A model generated the notes under the pieces. It saw only the letters and a list, made by a program, of their open reading frames with translations, did no database searches and was not told the DNA's origin. The position numbers and the translations under genes are program-made. Below, piece after piece: positions 6,127-10,376 of a stretch of DNA of 10,376 nt. The stretch is taken from the NCBI GenBank assembly GCA_029856155.1, contig JAHQWL010000012.1, positions 1 through 10,376 on the forward strand. The letters are read 5' to 3'. The stretch comes from Promethearchaeia archaeon (GTDB lineage: Archaea; Asgardarchaeota; Lokiarchaeia; Sigyniarchaeales; SOKP01). How positions within the stretch are numbered: the first letter of the stretch is position 1; each line of letters opens with the position of its first letter.

Positions 6127-9100
6127 ATAAACCGTTCTTAACTTCCTCCTTTTCTAATAAATAAGAATCAATCATTGTAGAGATCTGGTCAAAATCATAG
6201 TGTTTTACCATTATAGCCCCAACAGGGCAAGTTGCAGCACACGTTCCACAACCTTTGCAGACTGCAGCGTTGATATTAGACTTTTTTACTTTAATACTTA
6301 TATCCTCAAATTCTTTTGTGATCTCTATGAGCTCTATAGCTTTATAAGGACACACGTCTTCACATTTACCACATCCGATACATTTTTCTTCTGAGACTTC
6401 GGCAACTAATCCCGATGTGGTAATTTTATCCGCACTTAAGAATCTACTTGCTCTTCCTGCAGCACCATAAGCTTGTGCAATCGAATCCTGAATGTTTTTT
6501 GGCCATTGTGCACAACCACATAAGAAAATTCCATCAGTAGCAAAATCTAAGGGCCTCAATTTAACATGTGCTTCTAAGAAGAACCCGTTCTTGTCTAATG
6601 GAACTTTCAGCATCATTGCTAATTCTTTTAGGTTGTCTGCCGGAATCATAGGCGTCGAAAGTATTACTAAATCTGTTTCAAATTCGATATTATCTTTTAA
6701 ATTAGTATCATATACTTTTATCTGATATTTTTCAGGGCTTCCTTTTTTCTTTTTTACATCTGGTATATTTTCTAAGTCATATCTTAAAAACATAGCGTCT
6801 CTTCTGCGTTCACGATAATATTCTTCGAATTCTTTTTTAGCCATTTGTAAATCTCTATAAATTACAATAATTTCTAAATCAGGCTTCAATTCTTTTAATA
6901 TTCTAATATTTTTGATTGAATTAGCACAACAAATATTGGAACAGTAAGTTATTCCTTCATTTTGTCTTGCATTTACACATAAAATTAATGTTATCCGATT
7001 AATTTGATCTAACCAAGATTTATCCTTATTTTGTAATTTCTGTTCTAACTCCAATTGAGTCATTACATTCCTATTTTTATCGTGGTATTCAAAAAGCCCT
7101 GATGGTTTAAATTCTTGACCCCCAGTAGCAACTATTATTGTCCCTATTTTTAACTCATGGATTTCGTTATTTGAATCGTTTATCTCTACATCATAATTTC
7201 CGACATAACCTTTAATGTTCTTAATTCCACTATTTAAGAATACCTGAATGTTACTACTTTTCCCTATCTTCTCTTTTGTTTCATTTAATAATTCTAATGC
7301 ATTTTTATGAACGGGATATAACACATTTAGGAATCTTAAGTTTCCCCCCAACTCGTTTTCTTTTTCGACAAGAAAAGTTTTAAATCCTTGATTAGCTATA
7401 TTTAAGGCTGCGCTCATCCCTGAAATGCCTCCACCGATGACTAGAGCTGTATGGGTAATATCTATTTTATCTTCTCTCTGGGGTTTTAATAATTTAGACT
7501 TTGCTACATTCATTCTAATTAAGTCTATGGCTTTATGAGTAGCAGCATCTTTTTGTGTCATATGAACCCAACTGCACTGATCGCGAATATTAACAAGTTC
7601 AAAAAGATATTTGTTTAACCCCGCTTCTTGACATGTTTCTTGAAATAAGCTTTCGTGTGTTCTAGGCGTACAAGATGCCACAATAAATCTATTTAAATCA
7701 TGTTCGGCAATTAATTCTTTAATTCTGATTTGAGAGTCAGATGAACATGAATATAAATTTGCTTCACATACCACTACGTTTGGGAGGTTTTTAACATATT
7801 CTACAACTCGAGGAACATCTACATAATTTCCTATATTAATTCCACAATGACAAACCATTACTCCTATTCTTGGTTTATCTGTAATTTTAACCTCTTTTTC
7901 TGCTATATCAAATATTTTTTCTTTTATTTGAGTAAATTTAACAGAGTTTAATAAATCAGCAATTTGTGCAGCTACTCCACTGGCATCTGCTACTGTTTCT
8001 GGAATATCCATTGGTCCTTGACAGAATCCACATAAGAAAATTCCATTTCTAGTAGATTTTAATTTATCAAAATACGATTTTTCTTGGAAAAAGTTGTATT
8101 TACCTAACTCAATTCCTAAAGAGTTACCTAATTCTTTACCTCCTTTTGATGGAACTAAAGGTGATGCCAGAACAACCAAATTTGCGCGAAAATCTTTAAA
8201 TTCACCTGTTTTTAAGTCCTCAAAATGTATGATTAGATCTTGATTTTCAGGATCTTCCGCAATTGTACTTATTTTTGATTGAAAATATTTAACTCCATAT
8301 TCTTCTTGAGCTCTTTGAGTAAACTCATAGAAATTTTTACCATATGCGCGAATATCATGTCGAAATACATAACATTCTGAATTATCCGAATGCTCTTGGG
8401 TAATTATTGCTTGTTTTGCTGTATACGTACAACAAACACTAGAACAGAAGGGTACATTTTCATGGAGATCTCTTGAACCTGCACACTGAACAAAAGCAAT
8501 TACTTCAGGTTCCTCATCATCACTTAATCTTTTTACATGTCCACTGAATGGACCAGATGCACATAATATCCTCTCATATTCAAGGGCACTTACAACATTT
8601 TCGTACTTATATCCCCATCTTGAAGATAATTTTTCAGCAGGCATTTCAAAACCAGTTGCTACCACTACTGCTCCAATTTTAATTTCAAATTCTTTAGGTT
8701 TCTGTTCAAAATCTATAGCATCAGCAGGGCAGGCTTTTTTGCATATTTGACATACTCCCTTCGTTAAATATAAACACATTTCTGAATCAATTAAATAAAT
8801 AGGAGGTACTGCTTGTGGAAAAGGAATAAATACTGATTTTCTTTTACCAATATTCATTTCAAAAGGATTAGGCGCCATTATTTTAGGGCATTTAGCAGAA
8901 CATTCTCCACATCCTTTGCACTTTATCTCGTCAATATATCGAGGTTTCTTAAGAATTTTCGCAGTAAAATTACCAGGTTCACCATCTACTTCAAGTACCT
9001 CATGATATGTCATTAGTTCAACATTAGGATTACGAAATACTTCGACCATCTTTGGAGCTAATATACATAAGGAACAATCTAATGTTGGAAAAGTCTTATC

Positions 9101-9232
9101 CAGTTGAGCCATTCTCCCTCCAATTGAAGGTGATCTCTCAACTAGGTATACTTTAAATCCTAATTCTGTGAGATCAAGAGAAATTTGTATTCCTGCTATA
9201 CCTCCTCCAATTACTAACACTGAACCCTCCAT
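6125..9232 (-). CDS. hdrA: Large heterodisulfide reductase subunit A-like flavoprotein with two FAD modules (1035 aa)
   Basis: GGGIAG (res 9), GGRMAQLDKTFPTLDCSLC, inserted ferredoxin (CKGCGECSAKCP, CQICKKACP), QCAGSR..CSSVCC; internal HdrA N-terminal domain RIGVMVCHCG (res 455) with SCTPRTHE and NIRDQCSWVH; second GGGISG (~res 600), CSNICC; C-terminal ferredoxin CIGCGKCEDVCP / CKGCGTCAATCP (from res 951). Confidence 0.95.
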   Translation of the reverse strand: MEGSVLVIGGGIAGIQISLDLTELGFKVYLVERSPSIGGRMAQLDKTFPTLDCSLCILAPKMVEVFRNPNVELMTYHEVLEVDGEPGNFTAKILKKPRYIDEIKCKGCGECSAKCPKIMAPNPFEMNIGKRKSVFIPFPQAVPPIYLIDSEMCLYLTKGVCQICKKACPADAIDFEQKPKEFEIKIGAVVVATGFEMPAEKLSSRWGYKYENVVSALEYERILCASGPFSGHVKRLSDDEEPEVIAFVQCAGSRDLHENVPFCSSVCCTYTAKQAIITQEHSDNSECYVFRHDIRAYGKNFYEFTQRAQEEYGVKYFQSKISTIAEDPENQDLIIHFEDLKTGEFKDFRANLVVLASPLVPSKGGKELGNSLGIELGKYNFFQEKSYFDKLKSTRNGIFLCGFCQGPMDIPETVADASGVAAQIADLLNSVKFTQIKEKIFDIAEKEVKITDKPRIGVMVCHCGINIGNYVDVPRVVEYVKNLPNVVVCEANLYSCSSDSQIRIKELIAEHDLNRFIVASCTPRTHESLFQETCQEAGLNKYLFELVNIRDQCSWVHMTQKDAATHKAIDLIRMNVAKSKLLKPQREDKIDITHTALVIGGGISGMSAALNIANQGFKTFLVEKENELGGNLRFLNVLYPVHKNALELLNETKEKIGKSSNIQVFLNSGIKNIKGYVGNYDVEINDSNNEIHELKIGTIIVATGGQEFKPSGLFEYHDKNRNVMTQLELEQKLQNKDKSWLDQINRITLILCVNARQNEGITYCSNICCANSIKNIRILKELKPDLEIIVIYRDLQMAKKEFEEYYRERRRDAMFLRYDLENIPDVKKKKGSPEKYQIKVYDTNLKDNIEFETDLVILSTPMIPADNLKELAMMLKVPLDKNGFFLEAHVKLRPLDFATDGIFLCGCAQWPKNIQDSIAQAYGAAGRASRFLSADKITTSGLVAEVSEEKCIGCGKCEDVCPYKAIELIEITKEFEDISIKVKKSNINAAVCKGCGTCAATCPVGAIMVKHYDFDQISTMIDSYLLEKEEVKNGL

Positions 9233-10376
9233 TATTTTTCTCCCTCTGCCATTGGATTAGAATCAACGACAAATATTAAATTTACTAAGAATTCAGAAAA
9301 ATCCACTATTTCTATTGATGATATATCTTCATAATCTTCTTGTAAACAAGATAAATGCATTTTACACTTTGGGCATGAGGTGACCATTATTTCTCCGACA
9401 TCTTTTGCTTCTAAGAGTCTTTTATATCGCAATGCTTTTGAACGGTCATTACAATTCATCCAAGAGCTCACTCCACAACACAAAGCATCTTTTTTATTGT
9501 GTGCCATTTCATTAAACTTATATCCTATTTTTTTTAAATGGGAAAAAATTTCACGTACATTTTCTATTATATGACTATTTTTAGGCAAAAATCGACTTAA
9601 ACGACATGGATCGTGATAAGTAAATGGGATAAGTTCTTCTTTTTGAGATGGATTTTTAAACTCAATCTTATTTGCTTTCCAATTTTCATATATATACTCA
9701 ATTAAATGTTTAATAATGAATTTTTTATTAAAATCTTCAAAAAGATTTTGATAATCTACTTTAAGTGTCCTATAACATTCAGCACAGGCAGTAATAATTG
9801 TTTTAACACCAGTTTCTTCAATTCTTTTGATATTTTTCTTTGCTAGATTAATAAATTCTTTAAGTTTTCCTTGACCCCAATAAAGATCATGTCCACAACA
9901 GATTTCATCTTGAAGAACTACTATAGGTTCTTTTTCAATCTGGCATAATATTTTCAAAGTGCTTTCTGCTATAGAATTAGAATTTTCAAACTCAAAATTA
10001 AAAAAGGGTAAGCACCCAACATAATACATAATATTTCCTTGTGTTGAAATTTCACATCCCTTTGGAACCCATTCAAGAGATCTCTCGGGTTTTATAGAGG
10101 GTTCGCTCATAATTTCCGAGATAGTGGTATACACCCCCTTATGAGCAATATACTCATCCGGGTCTTGACTATAAGATTCTCGCATTTTGTATTTAGCCAT
10201 TCTTACGATATCTGCGAAATTTATTCCTTCAGGGCAATTTTGAAGACACGCATTGCAAGTTAAACAATCCCATAAAACACCGCTCTCAATAATTTTTTCT
10301 TCAAAACCCTCAAGAATCATTTGAATTATTCTGCTCGGTTCAAAAGTTTGAACTTTACTAAGTTGACATACACCAC
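9232..10376 (-). CDS. hdrD: HdrC-HdrB fusion (HdrD-type) Fe-S oxidoreductase with two CCG domains, 5' end outside window
   Basis: The frame is open upstream of the track's ATG (10320) to the edge (GVCQLSKVQTFEPSRIIQ-MILEG, likely the tail of a first CxxCxxCxxxC motif). CLTCNACLQNCP; CCG motifs C-x37-CC-x36-CxxC and C-x41-CC-x33-CxxC. Stop overlaps the hdrA start (TAATG). Confidence 0.88.
   Translation of the reverse strand, partial: GVCQLSKVQTFEPSRIIQMILEGFEEKIIESGVLWDCLTCNACLQNCPEGINFADIVRMAKYKMRESYSQDPDEYIAHKGVYTTISEIMSEPSIKPERSLEWVPKGCEISTQGNIMYYVGCLPFFNFEFENSNSIAESTLKILCQIEKEPIVVLQDEICCGHDLYWGQGKLKEFINLAKKNIKRIEETGVKTIITACAECYRTLKVDYQNLFEDFNKKFIIKHLIEYIYENWKANKIEFKNPSQKEELIPFTYHDPCRLSRFLPKNSHIIENVREIFSHLKKIGYKFNEMAHNKKDALCCGVSSWMNCNDRSKALRYKRLLEAKDVGEIMVTSCPKCKMHLSCLQEDYEDISSIEIVDFSEFLVNLIFVVDSNPMAEGEK

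Noticed and set aside
6200-6394. 64-aa plus-strand ORF
   Set aside because: Antisense to the hdrA ferredoxin domain; no motifs or RBS.
6492-6725. 77-aa plus-strand ORF
   Set aside because: Antisense shadow within hdrA.
9380-9574. 64-aa plus-strand ORF
   Set aside because: Antisense shadow within the HdrD-type gene.
10318-10320. ATG 10320 as the start of the HdrD-type gene
   Set aside because: The frame stays open to the window edge and includes a further Cys of the ferredoxin motif; the true start is outside the window.
5681-10376. Reading the hdr genes as evidence of methanogenesis
   Set aside because: Hdr-like modules are widespread in non-methanogens, the architecture is non-canonical, and there are no mcr/mtr genes in the window.

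Overview
AT-rich (roughly 30% GC by eye), densely coding prokaryotic window, almost entirely on the minus strand. Archaeal-type ribosome-binding sites (AGGTGA, GGAGTTGA), oligo-T tracts after stops and the gene content suggest an anaerobic archaeon, possibly Asgard/Lokiarchaeia-like (inference only). In transcription order (right to left): a tightly coupled heterodisulfide-reductase-like module (5'-truncated HdrC/B fusion of HdrD type, a 1035-aa double-FAD HdrA, MvhD; all Cys forms), a convergent 80-aa CxxC/CxxH protein on the plus strand, a crotonase-family enzyme, a Zn-dependent MDR dehydrogenase, a cytoplasmic sulfamidase-like sulfatase, a serine racemase-like PLP enzyme, and a 3'-truncated HD-domain protein (>=389 aa) missing from the ORF track. 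Main points: the dehydrogenase appears to start at a non-canonical ATT codon and lacks the structural zinc loop; the HdrD/double-HdrA/MvhD trio resembles the BamDEF arrangement and has no donor module downstream; the HD protein is a standalone GlnD-like hydrolase of unknown function. No RNA genes, CRISPR arrays or mobile elements were seen.
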